From positions 310,001-374,000 of the forward strand of contig NW_026515634.1 in NCBI RefSeq assembly GCF_000738915.1: 64,000 bases of DNA, in the 5' to 3' direction. The position numbers were made by a program, and so were the translations under genes. Every line of letters starts with the position of its first letter. Position 1 is the stretch's first letter. Shown here one piece after another: positions 53,276-63,647 of this stretch. The notes under the pieces were generated by a model, which saw only the letters and a list, made by a program, of their open reading frames with translations, had not been told where the DNA came from and did no database searches. Source of the stretch: Nematocida ausubeli. Taxonomy: Eukaryota.

Positions 53276-54784
53276 ATGGAATTAGAAACAAAGCGAAAAG
53301 ACCTGCAGCTATCATCGCGCAAGACACCCAAGTCATTTAAGGTTGAGATTCCCCAAGGATCCTCAAATAAATTATTAGATGAAAAGAGCAAAAAGCAAGA
53401 TATAGAAGAAAGAAATGCAAGAAGAGAGTATATTTTCAAAATCCTACTGGGAGGCATGGCTGTTGTTATAAGCATCTCCATATATCTTTTACTCACCACA
53501 GTGTACACTACAGTGTTTCCCACCAAGGCAGCAGCTGCTTGCTGTGCACTTTCATTTTTAGCAAGTATTTTTTGGTCTATCCATATTCTTCCTCTTGAAA
53601 TAACCTCAGTACTGCTTATTCCAGTGGTTATTTTATCAAATATAATGGTCCCGGAACAGGCAGGAATGAGTGGCTGGGTGGCTGGATGCATAAATATCAT
53701 GCAGATACTTGCATCGCCTGTTGTGCTGCTTCTAATGGGCAGTTGTCTTCTATCCGTGTATTTCCAGTGCAATGGCGGGGAGCAACTTGTGCTGCCGTAC
53801 CTAATTGATGGAAGCAACATATACTCCAGTCTATTTCGTAGTATGCTTTTGTCTGTTGTTCTTTCTTCTATGATGTCAAATATCACTGCCCCTATTATCA
53901 TTATGTCAATTCTCCAGAATCGCTCAAAGCCACCCACTCCTGGAATTATCATGGGAGTAGCAATGGGCTCAAACATTGGGGGAATGCTTCTCCCGATAAG
54001 CAGCCCGCAGTCAATCCTTGGGTCAACCATCATGGGCGTATCCTGGAGCAAGTGGGTGTGGATATCTATACCTACTGCTTCAGTGTGCTTTGTGTTTGTG
54101 TACTCATTAATACTTGCATATTTCCCAAAGCCGCAGCAAGAAAAAGAGAGCACACTGGTTGTAGGTGAGCCAGAGAATTCTTTTATGCTGATGTTTGTCA
54201 CGGCCCTTTGCATTGTCTGCTGGGCACTTCCATCTTTATATTCAGGACTTAAGTGGATATATGCACTGCCTGTGTGCGGGCTGCTGCTTACTAAAAGTGC
54301 TAAAACTGCGTTCAACCGAAAAACACTCGAAATTATTGCAATAGCTGTAGCAGGCACTGCAATTGGCCAGGGAATAAAAAGTACAAAAATGATAGAAGGG
54401 ATGATCTCTGGGCTTATTATAAGCAGCAAAGAATATAGCTTTCTCTCCCTGCTTGTGGTCTCCTCTTTTGTTATGCTTACACTCTCATGCATAGTGTGTC
54501 ATACGGTAAGTGCCATAGTTCTTCTGCCTATTTTTGAAAAAATAGGGATGCTTGTTGGCCGGCACAAGCTCATTGTGGGAATATCCACACTGGCATGTTC
54601 ATGCGGAATGGCATTCCCAGCAAGTGGGTTTCCTAATATCCTGGCTAGTTCTTTTAAGCTGCCAAATGGTAAGAGACTCGTTGGCACAAAAGACTTTATT
54701 TTAATTGGGACAGTCTCTACACTTGCCTGCTGGGTGTTTATCTTAACGGTTTCTTTGCTGTTTATGACAATGGCAAACTTTTAA
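53276..54784 (+). CDS. SLC13/Pho87-Pho90-Pho91-type phosphate transporter without SPX domain
   Basis: MSNITAP, SNIGGMLLPISSPQS, HTVSAIVLLP, SCGMAFPASGFPN; many TMs. Confidence 0.85.
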   Translation: MELETKRKDLQLSSRKTPKSFKVEIPQGSSNKLLDEKSKKQDIEERNARREYIFKILLGGMAVVISISIYLLLTTVYTTVFPTKAAAACCALSFLASIFWSIHILPLEITSVLLIPVVILSNIMVPEQAGMSGWVAGCINIMQILASPVVLLLMGSCLLSVYFQCNGGEQLVLPYLIDGSNIYSSLFRSMLLSVVLSSMMSNITAPIIIMSILQNRSKPPTPGIIMGVAMGSNIGGMLLPISSPQSILGSTIMGVSWSKWVWISIPTASVCFVFVYSLILAYFPKPQQEKESTLVVGEPENSFMLMFVTALCIVCWALPSLYSGLKWIYALPVCGLLLTKSAKTAFNRKTLEIIAIAVAGTAIGQGIKSTKMIEGMISGLIISSKEYSFLSLLVVSSFVMLTLSCIVCHTVSAIVLLPIFEKIGMLVGRHKLIVGISTLACSCGMAFPASGFPNILASSFKLPNGKRLVGTKDFILIGTVSTLACWVFILTVSLLFMTMANF

Positions 54785-54793
54785 ATTTTTACG

Positions 54794-55678
54794 ATGGTTG
54801 CCGAACACAGCTCTGCACCAAAAGAGAATAAAAAAGAGAGAAGAGAAAAGAGAGATGTTCCAGAGGACATTTCAAACTACAAGCTAGAGCCATTCACAGA
54901 AAAGGGGCTAAAGCAGTTTTTGGAAACAAGCAGCTTTGAAATCATGTTTCCCAAGCATAGAGAAAAGTACATCCGGGATACTGAAGAGTATATCAGAAAG
55001 GCTCTTGCCCAGAAGAGACTCCTTCTGGCAGTGGACTACCACGAGCTGGTGCTCAAAGTAGAGACCACACCGCATACAAGAGACCCGTATGTAGTCCTGC
55101 AGGGAAGAGATATGCTGAAGCTGGTCAGTAGAGGTGTTCCACTAGAGAAGGCAATTCGGGTCTTTGAGGATGGAATAACCCACGATATTATTCCAATTAA
55201 TGTGTTTACTCGAAACAAGGAGATATTTCTTAAAAGGAGAGAGAGACTTCTTGGTCCCCGGGGAAACACAATAAAGTCACTAGAGCTGCTGACAGACTGC
55301 TACATTCTTCCATTCGGAAACACAGTAAGCGCAATTGGAAACTATAAAAGTCTAAAGGAGGTGCGGACAGTCGTTACTAAGTGCATGGAAAACATCCACC
55401 CAATCTATGAGATCAAGCGGCTTATGATACGGCGGGAGCTAGAGAAAGACCCAGCTCTTAAAACAGAGAACTGGGAGAGATACCTTCCAAAGTACAAAAA
55501 GACACACAGTAAAAAGCGTAAGACCGTTATAGTGGAGAAAACAAACCGCACAACCTTCCCCGAGCAAGAGGAGAGAAAGCAGGACAAAGAGATCATGAGT
55601 GGCGCGTATGTACCGAAGGACCGGCCCACCAGAAGCGAAAAAAAGGCCAAGGCAGAAAAGGACTCAAGCGAGCAGTAA
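54794..55678 (+). CDS. KRR1: KRR1 small-subunit processome KH protein
   Basis: SSFEIMFPKHREKYI, TRDPY..RDMLKLVSRGVP, NIHPIYEIK, ENWERYLP. Confidence 0.96.
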   Translation: MVAEHSSAPKENKKERREKRDVPEDISNYKLEPFTEKGLKQFLETSSFEIMFPKHREKYIRDTEEYIRKALAQKRLLLAVDYHELVLKVETTPHTRDPYVVLQGRDMLKLVSRGVPLEKAIRVFEDGITHDIIPINVFTRNKEIFLKRRERLLGPRGNTIKSLELLTDCYILPFGNTVSAIGNYKSLKEVRTVVTKCMENIHPIYEIKRLMIRRELEKDPALKTENWERYLPKYKKTHSKKRKTVIVEKTNRTTFPEQEERKQDKEIMSGAYVPKDRPTRSEKKAKAEKDSSEQ

Positions 55679-56261
55679 TTGGTGCTGGCTGGACATTAGT
55701 AGACAAGATTAATAAAAACACAAATATAGGCGACTTTCCATGGTTTAAACCTTGAACACCATAGTAGAAGTATTCGTGTATTCTTCAGGTTTTTGGAATA
55801 TTTTTTCTGCTTGCACTATGCTACTTACTCTGCCTGTGATATTAAAGTTTGTCTCCTGCAGAGTAATTCTAAGCAGGCTGCTAAGCACGAGATATATGCA
55901 TATTTAGAGATATTTATTATAAGATAGACCATTTATAGTTGTGGATAATGTGAAATTGTTTATTATTACTTCTTTAAGCTGCTCAGGTCAAGCCTGATAT
56001 CAACTAATTCGGGTTATTCGGGCATGCCTGAAGATTCACTGTGCTATGTTTTGGTATACAGCATAGTGTAATTCTGTCTTTCCTTGTAGATTAAGCACTT
56101 TTTCACAGTAAATATAACTGCATGCAGATAGCACCTTTTTCATACTTCTGGACTCTGAGTGTATCGCATGCATTTCCAGATGCTTTTGCAAATAGTTATT
56201 TTTGCTGAGTTTCATGCAAAGGAGAAAAATCCCAGAGAAAGGCAGACACTCCAACACATGG

Positions 56262-56588
56262 TTAAAAGAAGTATGAGGGTCTGGAAATGCTAATCCCGCA
56301 CTCCTTTAGGGCATTCTCTACATCAGACAGAGTAAGAGTAAGCTTTTTCTCTTTAGGAGTCTTTTTCTCCTTCAGAGACGCTCTTTTTGCAATTTTGTGG
56401 TACTGGTACGCGCATGTTGCAACATCTGTGATGAGCTTCTGTGCAATAAGAGAGACAAGCTTCTTTATCTTTGGGTCTTCTGTAGTCAGGCCTGCCTTGG
56501 TGAAGCAGTGGTCCAAAACTACATCTGGGATTAGCGGTATAAAAGAGTCAAGTCCCTCGTTTATTTTGTTGAATGTGCTGTCGTCCAT
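56262..56588 (-). CDS. TAF10: TFIID/SAGA subunit Taf10
   Basis: PLIPDVV, DPKIKKLVSLIAQKLITDVA, LTLSDVENALKECGI..RPSYF. Confidence 0.92.
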   Translation of the reverse strand: MDDSTFNKINEGLDSFIPLIPDVVLDHCFTKAGLTTEDPKIKKLVSLIAQKLITDVATCAYQYHKIAKRASLKEKKTPKEKKLTLTLSDVENALKECGISISRPSYFF

Positions 56589-56600
56589 AAAAGAAAAAAA

Positions 56601-56759
56601 CTATCCTATTCTTGTACCAATTGATGGAGCAAGTGCAGAGACCATATCTATTGTATCGCCCCACTTAAGAACGGACTCCTTTCTTTTCTGCTGCTTTTCT
56701 CCCTCTTCGTTTATTTTCTGGGTTAGCTCCTCTGTTGTCACTCTTTGCAATATAAACAT
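56601..56759 (-). CDS. Small ORF, 52 aa, below the ORF-track cutoff
   Basis: [55 protein letters not shown] preceded by gcccac; fills the TAF10-RAD51 gap. Confidence 0.6.
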   Translation of the reverse strand: MFILQRVTTEELTQKINEEGEKQQKRKESVLKWGDTIDMVSALAPSIGTRIG

Positions 56760-56777
56760 GTGGGCTATAGTTTTTTT

Positions 56778-57803
56778 ATGTCTTTAATGGAGAAAGAGAA
56801 TGATATATTCGAAGAGCAATCCGGTGAGATGATGCAGTCATACCACACTCCAATTGAAATACTGAAAGAAGGAGGTATATCTGCTGCAGACATAGCCAAG
56901 CTCATTGAGTGCGGATTCAGGACAGTTGAAAGTGTGGCCTTCACTCCAAGAAAGAAGCTCTTGAATATAAGAGGGTTCGCAGAGACAAAAGTTGATCGAA
57001 TAATAAAAGAGGCAACAAAGCATGTGGAGCTAGGGTTCCAGACAGCAGACATAATCCACCAGAAAAGGCTGCAGATGAAAATGATCACAACAGGATCATC
57101 TGAGCTGGACAAGCTGCTTGGTGGTGGAATTGAGACAGGCTCAATCACAGAACTCTTTGGGGAATTCCGTACAGGAAAAACCCAGATATGCCACATGCTT
57201 GCTGTTACCTGCCAGCTGCCCACAGAAATGGGTGGGTGCAATGGAAAGGCCATCTACATCGATACAGAGTCTACTTTCAGAGCTGAAAGGCTGATTGAGA
57301 TTGCCAAGCGATACGAGCTGGACCCAACCGACGTACTTTCAAAGGTGTGTGTTGCCAGGGCATACAACGTGGACCACCAGCTGGAACTAGTGAAGATGGC
57401 AGGTGGCCTGATGGCATCTGGCGAGTACCGCCTTCTGATTGTTGACTCTATTATAGCCAACTACAGAACAGACTTCTCTGGGCGAGGAGAGCTGAGTGCA
57501 AGACAGATGCATCTAAGCACCTATCTGCGGTCACTCATGCAGCTGGCAGATGAGTACAATGTTGCAGTTGTGATCACCAACCAGGTGGTGGCCACAGTGG
57601 ATGGAGCTGCTGCAATGTTTGGTGGAGACACTAAGAAGCCAACAGGAGGGCACGTGCTAGCACACGCCAGTGCCACTAGGCTGTACCTACGAAAGGGAAG
57701 AGGAGACCTGCGCATCTGCAAGGTCTACGACTCTCCTTCTCTTCCAGAGTCAGAAGCTACCTTCCGAATTATTAACGAGGGTATTGCAGATGGAGATGAA
57801 TAA
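56778..57803 (+). CDS. RAD51: Recombinase Rad51
   Basis: [43 protein letters not shown]. Confidence 0.93.
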   Translation: MSLMEKENDIFEEQSGEMMQSYHTPIEILKEGGISAADIAKLIECGFRTVESVAFTPRKKLLNIRGFAETKVDRIIKEATKHVELGFQTADIIHQKRLQMKMITTGSSELDKLLGGGIETGSITELFGEFRTGKTQICHMLAVTCQLPTEMGGCNGKAIYIDTESTFRAERLIEIAKRYELDPTDVLSKVCVARAYNVDHQLELVKMAGGLMASGEYRLLIVDSIIANYRTDFSGRGELSARQMHLSTYLRSLMQLADEYNVAVVITNQVVATVDGAAAMFGGDTKKPTGGHVLAHASATRLYLRKGRGDLRICKVYDSPSLPESEATFRIINEGIADGDE

Positions 57804-58362
57804 AAGCCAGGTGCATATTATTATTTTTATATTCAGGAATAAAACAAAACCATACAACTACTTAGGTAGTTTTAATGGCAAATGAAGATATTTATTTTTT
57901 TGATGAACGCATGCGAAATAAAAGTACTGGATATTTCTAGTACATAAGTGCTGTGTATTTAGCACACAGCAGCACCCAATACGACTTTAAAGGCAATAAA
58001 ATATCAAGAACACAAGAATTACAGTCTCACTAGAAATAAAGTGGGATATATCCCACAGGAATTTGCTATTCTTGCTTTATATTTAGGCTTGGGGGCATAC
58101 ATTTCATATACTATGCCACATACTATTATTAACTGTACATTATTCTAAGAAAAGTCACTGTAACTTACACGGACAAAAATACTTTTTTGCAGGTAGTCTA
58201 TTACACTACACAGAAAGGCCTGTTTTAATTGAGTGCAAGAAATAAGTAGAATAAAGGATGCAGAGGGCATAGAAGCAGAATACGCACAGAAGGCCAAATA
58301 GATATTGTTCTTTATGATTTATTTGATATTCTAGAATAAATGGTAGTCATAATCATCATGCC

Positions 58363-59142
58363 TTACACCAGGAGTATTCCATTCACACAGCCATCATTTT
58401 CTGGGTTGTTTGTGATTTGCGCATACTTACCCCAAATAATTCGGCCAGATTCTGAAACCATACCAATTGCACTTGTGTTGACTTCTATGATGGTTCCCTT
58501 GGTTAGAAGACCAAGAGTGGTCATCAGATGCGAGTTGGGGTTCTGCTTGACTCCCATGATAGGAAGAAGGAATGTTGACTTCATCTCTGGGTGTGTGATG
58601 TTTGCAGATTTCATTCGAAGACCAGTGGGTCTTATGAACCTCTCAAACTTTGGAGGTTTTCTTGTGTAGTTGTCCCCTACGAAGCATGGCTTGGTCACCA
58701 CTCTCTTCCACTGGTTCTTCTGTCTCTTTCCTGTTTTCATTACTTTGAAGGCTTCTGCCTCAGATACTCCTCGCACTTGGGGAACTGGCACGTTGTACTT
58801 TCCAGCCTTGTTCTGTCTCTGCTCTTTCAGCTGTGTGGTTATGGCCTGGATGGCGGCCTGCTTTTCTCTGTCAAGCAGATATGCTGGAATAGCCCCGTCT
58901 GCAATTTCCTCAGTTGCCACCTTCTTCTGCTTTCTCTCTGTCTGCATCTTCTCCTTCTTCAGCTGTATCTTCTCCTTTCTTCGCTTCTCGTGGAATATTA
59001 TGGCTTTTCTGCCGTACAGCTCCTTAGATATCTTTGAAAGCCTCTTGCCCGCTCTTGATTCGTACTTCTCCTTTCTCACAAGATAGTCTTCTCTTCTTCC
59101 GCATAATTTAATTGCTTCTTCAACGTAATTGTGCTGCGACAT
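58363..59142 (-). CDS. NSA2: Ribosome biogenesis protein Nsa2
   Basis: WKRVVTKPCFVG, RKPPKFERFIRP, WGKYAQITNNPENDGCVNGILLV. Confidence 0.96.
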   Translation of the reverse strand: MSQHNYVEEAIKLCGRREDYLVRKEKYESRAGKRLSKISKELYGRKAIIFHEKRRKEKIQLKKEKMQTERKQKKVATEEIADGAIPAYLLDREKQAAIQAITTQLKEQRQNKAGKYNVPVPQVRGVSEAEAFKVMKTGKRQKNQWKRVVTKPCFVGDNYTRKPPKFERFIRPTGLRMKSANITHPEMKSTFLLPIMGVKQNPNSHLMTTLGLLTKGTIIEVNTSAIGMVSESGRIIWGKYAQITNNPENDGCVNGILLV

Positions 59143-59155
59143 AAAAAATTTAACT
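59143..59155. promoter_or_regulatory. 13-bp bidirectional spacer with AAATTT between NSA2 and the MCM gene
   Basis: cat|aaaaaatttaact|atg. Confidence 0.6.
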
Positions 59156-61093
59156 ATGGATTCTGCCAGACTATATTTTACAGAAGCTGAAGAAGATACT
59201 TCTTTACTTTCCGCATTTTACCAAGACATGAAAGAAAGACTTGACACACACGAGATTTCTGTGGCAGAAATAGAAGGTGACCTGGAGATAGACATATTTT
59301 ATCTGGAGCAGAAACTAGGGGAAATAACTTCGTGGGGAATAAAGCACCTGCGTGCAGCATTGTCAAGGATACTTGAGGAAAGTGGAAGGGGAGTTCAAAA
59401 GACATACATTAAAATGATACCATTTATGGAACCTGTGCAATTCTCTGCACTAAGACACTCTTCGGTTGGAAAGGTATTTTCAATTGCAGGCGTTGTCTCG
59501 CGCATTGAAAGTTCAAAGCCAATTCCAACCGTAATGGTATTTGCATGCAATAAGTGCAAAAAAGAGATTTTGTTCATGCCTCATATGGGAGTGTATAACA
59601 AGCCAGATGCGTGTACAGAGCCTTGCAAGTCAAATAAATTCACGTTCATTAAGGACTCGGACAAAAATGAGTTCAGAGACTTCCAGAGGGTGAAGATACA
59701 GGAGTTATTTCTAACAGAAATAGAGAGACGCAAGGCAGGCTCCATCAACTGCATTGTTCACAGGAGCTTTGTAAATACACTGCTTCCAGGTGATGCAGTG
59801 CACATTCTTGGCACAGGAATTGCTGAGGACGTAGGGGAATCTGAGTATACGCTTGGAATAAAGGCAAATAATATCATGTTTCTAAAGCAGAAAGATGCAC
59901 AAAACCAGTTTACATTCTTCCCAGATGACTTGCAAAAAATAAAGAAGCTCTCAGCAAAGGAGAACGTAGTTGATCTGGTAGGAGAGGCTCTTTTCTCAGA
60001 AATAGTAGGGAATAAAATTCTTAAGAAGGGGATTCTTCTCTCGCTAGTAGGCGGAACACACAAGAAGCATAAAAGAAAGGAAATACATTTGGTTGTTATA
60101 GGTGACCCAGGCATGGGAAAGAGCAAAATAATTCGAAAGGCATCTGAGATACTTCCAAGAAGTAACTATGTCTGCGGAACCACAACTACAGCAGGAGGCC
60201 TTGGTCTTTCAATGCAGTCGAGTACAGGCGGTGACTACGTTCTGTCAGCAGGTGCACTAGTTCTGAGTGATCTTGGGCACTGCTTCATTGACGAGCTTGA
60301 CAAGCTGGAAACCCCCCAAATACTCTTTGAAGCAATGGAAAGCCAAGAAATAACTATTGCAAAAGCAGGAATGGTCTGTGCGATGCCTGCTAGAACTGCA
60401 GTTATTTCAGCAGCAAATCCTCTCTTTGGCCGGTATAGAAAAGACAAAACTGTTCAGGAAAATATCAATTTCCCAGGAGAATTTCTTTCTAGGTTTGATC
60501 TTATTTTTGTTATGATTGATGAGATAAATACTAAAGAGCATTGCTCAATTGCCCGGCACATTCTAGGGAGTGCAAGCATTGAAGATATGCAGCCAGGACA
60601 TATTTCTGCAGAAACAGCCCAGAAGTACGTGCAGTATGCGAGAGAGCAGATCCATCCTGTTCTATCAACAGGCGCAAAGGAAAGGATTGTTGAGTTCTTT
60701 AAAGCAATCAGAACAGATAGGGTATATAACAATAGAATTCTGGCGCAACCAATAACACCAAGAATCGTGGATTCCTTGGAGCGGATTGCAGAGGCAGTGG
60801 CCAAGCTGCATCTGAGGGCCATAGCCACGCGGTCAGATGTAGACCAGGCCATAGAGATAATTACCCTGGAAAGAATCCCAGTGGAAGAAAAAAAGAAAAA
60901 AGGGTCACCGCATGTGGCCTTTCTGCGCATGCTAGAAGAAGCAGAGAACAAGGAAATGAGAGAGAAAGAGATAAGACAGCTAGGTCTATCAGCAGGACTA
61001 GACATAGATACTGTTATTAAGCTGATCTATAAATTCAACGACCAAGGGATTCTTATTAAAAAAGGAGGAAATATATACCAGGTAAAGCGGTAG
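59156..61093 (+). CDS. MCM8: MCM-family helicase, MCM8-like
   Basis: Zn finger CNKC..C...C, GDPGMGKS, YVCGTTTT, IDELDK, IAKAGMVCAMPART, SRFD. YVCG and AGxVCxxPAR are MCM8-like. Confidence 0.7.
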   Translation: MDSARLYFTEAEEDTSLLSAFYQDMKERLDTHEISVAEIEGDLEIDIFYLEQKLGEITSWGIKHLRAALSRILEESGRGVQKTYIKMIPFMEPVQFSALRHSSVGKVFSIAGVVSRIESSKPIPTVMVFACNKCKKEILFMPHMGVYNKPDACTEPCKSNKFTFIKDSDKNEFRDFQRVKIQELFLTEIERRKAGSINCIVHRSFVNTLLPGDAVHILGTGIAEDVGESEYTLGIKANNIMFLKQKDAQNQFTFFPDDLQKIKKLSAKENVVDLVGEALFSEIVGNKILKKGILLSLVGGTHKKHKRKEIHLVVIGDPGMGKSKIIRKASEILPRSNYVCGTTTTAGGLGLSMQSSTGGDYVLSAGALVLSDLGHCFIDELDKLETPQILFEAMESQEITIAKAGMVCAMPARTAVISAANPLFGRYRKDKTVQENINFPGEFLSRFDLIFVMIDEINTKEHCSIARHILGSASIEDMQPGHISAETAQKYVQYAREQIHPVLSTGAKERIVEFFKAIRTDRVYNNRILAQPITPRIVDSLERIAEAVAKLHLRAIATRSDVDQAIEIITLERIPVEEKKKKGSPHVAFLRMLEEAENKEMREKEIRQLGLSAGLDIDTVIKLIYKFNDQGILIKKGGNIYQVKR

Positions 61094-61730
61094 TACAGTA
61101 CTCCTTCATTTTTCTATGCTGGCGCGCAGTCTAAATATTTTTATGCTAGAAGCCTTTTTTAAGTATTAGACTAATTGGTTTACTCTCTACAATTTGCTTA
61201 GTTCAAATTTCCCAAGTATAAATCTAAGTGGACATCTTTTTGATCTAAGGACAAGACATAAGACATAAACATAATTAGTAAGATATAATTGTTTCCATTA
61301 GAAAACTAAGGATAAGAGTATAGACCACATAGTAGTATTGTATAGACAAAGTTCATCCAGGATATTTCAAGAGAAGGTGTATGGCTCTTGTGGCTACTAA
61401 CAGAACAAATTTTAATAAAAACCAGTGTATTCTTCTATGAATAAAAATCCTGAATGTAGCTGCACAATGAACTTTCTTATATAAATATATACTATGTATT
61501 CTAGTAAAATTAGGCAGTTATATATTACAGGGCATGCTAGGCATAAAGAACACTACATAAAATACAAGAATAAGTGATAATTGGATTTCTTATAGATTGA
61601 TCTACTGTATATTATGCTATTAGTAAAATGTGTGTGCATTGTATTTCTCTGCGTGTAGACAGCTTTAATTAAAATACAAAATTTAGCATGTCTTTGCATA
61701 TAACCAAAATATTCTTTTATGAATTAATTA

Positions 61731-62249
61731 ATGTCTGATTTACCATACTACTGCCATATATGCGATGTGGTTGTTTACATTGAAGACAGAGTGCAGTGTC
61801 CCCGGTGCAGAGAATCCTTCTTAGAGCTGCACACTGAGGATGTGGATGAAGAAACAGACGAGATAGTTAATTCTGGGGGCACGTGCATAGGAGGATTCCT
61901 GAGCCTAAGCTTCTTTAGATGCGCACCGCAGCAGCCCCTAAGGCCAGAAAAGAAAAGAACAATTACATCAGACAGAAGAAACTATGCAATAGGCCCTGAA
62001 ATAGACGACATAATTACAAGGCTACGAGATGAAAGGGGCATAGACGAGTGCCCTGCTTCAGAAAATCAGAAGTCCTCGCTAGTGCTAGAATACCTTCCAA
62101 CCTCAGATGTGTGCACAATATGCTTCTGTCCATTTGAGGAGAAGAAGAAGGGATGTAAGTATCCTTGCAGCCACTATTTCCACCAGGAGTGCTCTGATGC
62201 CTGGCTCAAGCTGCAGTCAGACTGCCCAGTTTGCAGAAAGTCTCTATGA
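61731..62249 (+). CDS. RING-H2 E3 ligase with N-terminal zinc ribbon (RNF115/RNF126-like)
   Basis: YYCHIC..CPRCRESFLE and CTIC..PCSHYFHQEC..WL...DCPVCR. Confidence 0.88.
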   Translation: MSDLPYYCHICDVVVYIEDRVQCPRCRESFLELHTEDVDEETDEIVNSGGTCIGGFLSLSFFRCAPQQPLRPEKKRTITSDRRNYAIGPEIDDIITRLRDERGIDECPASENQKSSLVLEYLPTSDVCTICFCPFEEKKKGCKYPCSHYFHQECSDAWLKLQSDCPVCRKSL

Positions 62250-63055
62250 CTAAGCAACTGTGGATTAAGTTACTGGATTTCTCTGCCTTGAGTGCATAGT
62301 GCCTTTTACCTGACCAGCAATGTACATGAATATTAACTATTACCTCTCAGGCTTTGTTTATAAGACAAGAAACCGTGAGAGGCACTGCTTGTCTATATAG
62401 GGTACTATGTCTCTTAGACTCTTCTTATTCATTCATGCATGCATAATTAATCATCTTTGGGTAAGAGCACAGAGAATCCTTCTGGAAATTTATATAATTC
62501 TAATGTCTTGTTGAAGGAGGTTTATAAATAGAGAACACGAAATAAGCATTAGTAAGATTATATAACTAAGTCTAATATTTCAGAGAAAATTAAGATATCT
62601 TAAATAAATTCAAACACTCTGAAGCCATTTATATACACTTCTTTCTAAGTTATGCATGCCAAAAACTTATCTTATTTATAGATTAAATTTACAGAGTCAT
62701 CTTCACTATTCTATTCATGCAGTAGAAAAGTAAAACCTTTCATATAATTATGCATTTTTATGACAGTAGTAGCATAAAGAAAAGTACTGTGCAAGCACAA
62801 AAATACATCTTCCATAGGACTGAAATATCTGGTCTTATGGTTACCATTTGGGTTTCTATTGCAGGCAGTGAAGAACTGCAAAATTACCTACTATTCTGCT
62901 AAGACATTCTATGTAGGAAATCGCACTTGAAGGAGTGCATAAGGCTCTTACTGCTCAGATTATTGCTGCATCAGCAGTGCATGATACGAAGCATGCCTGG
63001 TCTCTGCAAGTGGAATGCTATGTATTTCTAATGCAGCACAAGAAAATATTTAAGA

Positions 63056-63631
63056 ATGGAAAAGAACAGTAGGGCAGGCCTGTTCAGCACGCAGATGTAT
63101 GCGGACCTTCTAATTGGAAGGCTTGAAGAAGTAATGGGCCCAATAAAGCCAGAGGATATATGTAAAATAGATAAGTCTGTGAGCATAGTAATTGTTGATC
63201 CATATCTAAGGCTGCAAAGCATTCACGCAAAATTGGTTGGAGGCACTTTTACGCACATAATACTTCCGGATAGCAAAAAAGTAGATATCGACATGATAAT
63301 GCCAAAAAGCAGACAGAAAAGAAATAGTATCCATCTAGACAGTAGAATACCATCACAAAAAACAGAAACCTGCATGATTAAAAGAGAAGAAGTTCAGAGC
63401 CTGGAGAAATTACTAGCATATGCATATAGACCAGAGAAGCACCTTTTAAGCGTATGCGAGATGGAAATAGAGAAAGCTCAGTGGATATTTGAAGAACTCC
63501 ATAGGAATAGCCACCTGAGCAGCAAAGAGGGACCTACTTTGTATCTTGTGCTCATGCAGGATGACTCTCTTTTAATTCCCTTTCCACTGAGTAGATACTT
63601 ATCAAAGCAGAAAGAAATTCTTAAATATTAA
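63056..63631 (+). CDS. Hypothetical protein
   Basis: 191-aa ORF ending 16 bp before Sec23; no motif recognised. Confidence 0.65.
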   Translation: MEKNSRAGLFSTQMYADLLIGRLEEVMGPIKPEDICKIDKSVSIVIVDPYLRLQSIHAKLVGGTFTHIILPDSKKVDIDMIMPKSRQKRNSIHLDSRIPSQKTETCMIKREEVQSLEKLLAYAYRPEKHLLSVCEMEIEKAQWIFEELHRNSHLSSKEGPTLYLVLMQDDSLLIPFPLSRYLSKQKEILKY

Positions 63632-63647
63632 TTTGTTTTATTTATTA

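Noticed and set aside
53230..54492. 420-aa minus-strand ORF
   Set aside because: Antisense shadow of the phosphate transporter CDS; no motifs of its own.
56778..57803. Calling this gene DMC1
   Set aside because: [23 protein letters not shown] and VATVDG are Rad51-type; only one short segment is Dmc1-like.
62301..62309. GCCTTTTAC, identical to U5 snRNA loop 1
   Set aside because: Flanks do not form the required stem and no Sm site or U5 structure is evident; a 9-mer match is plausible by chance.
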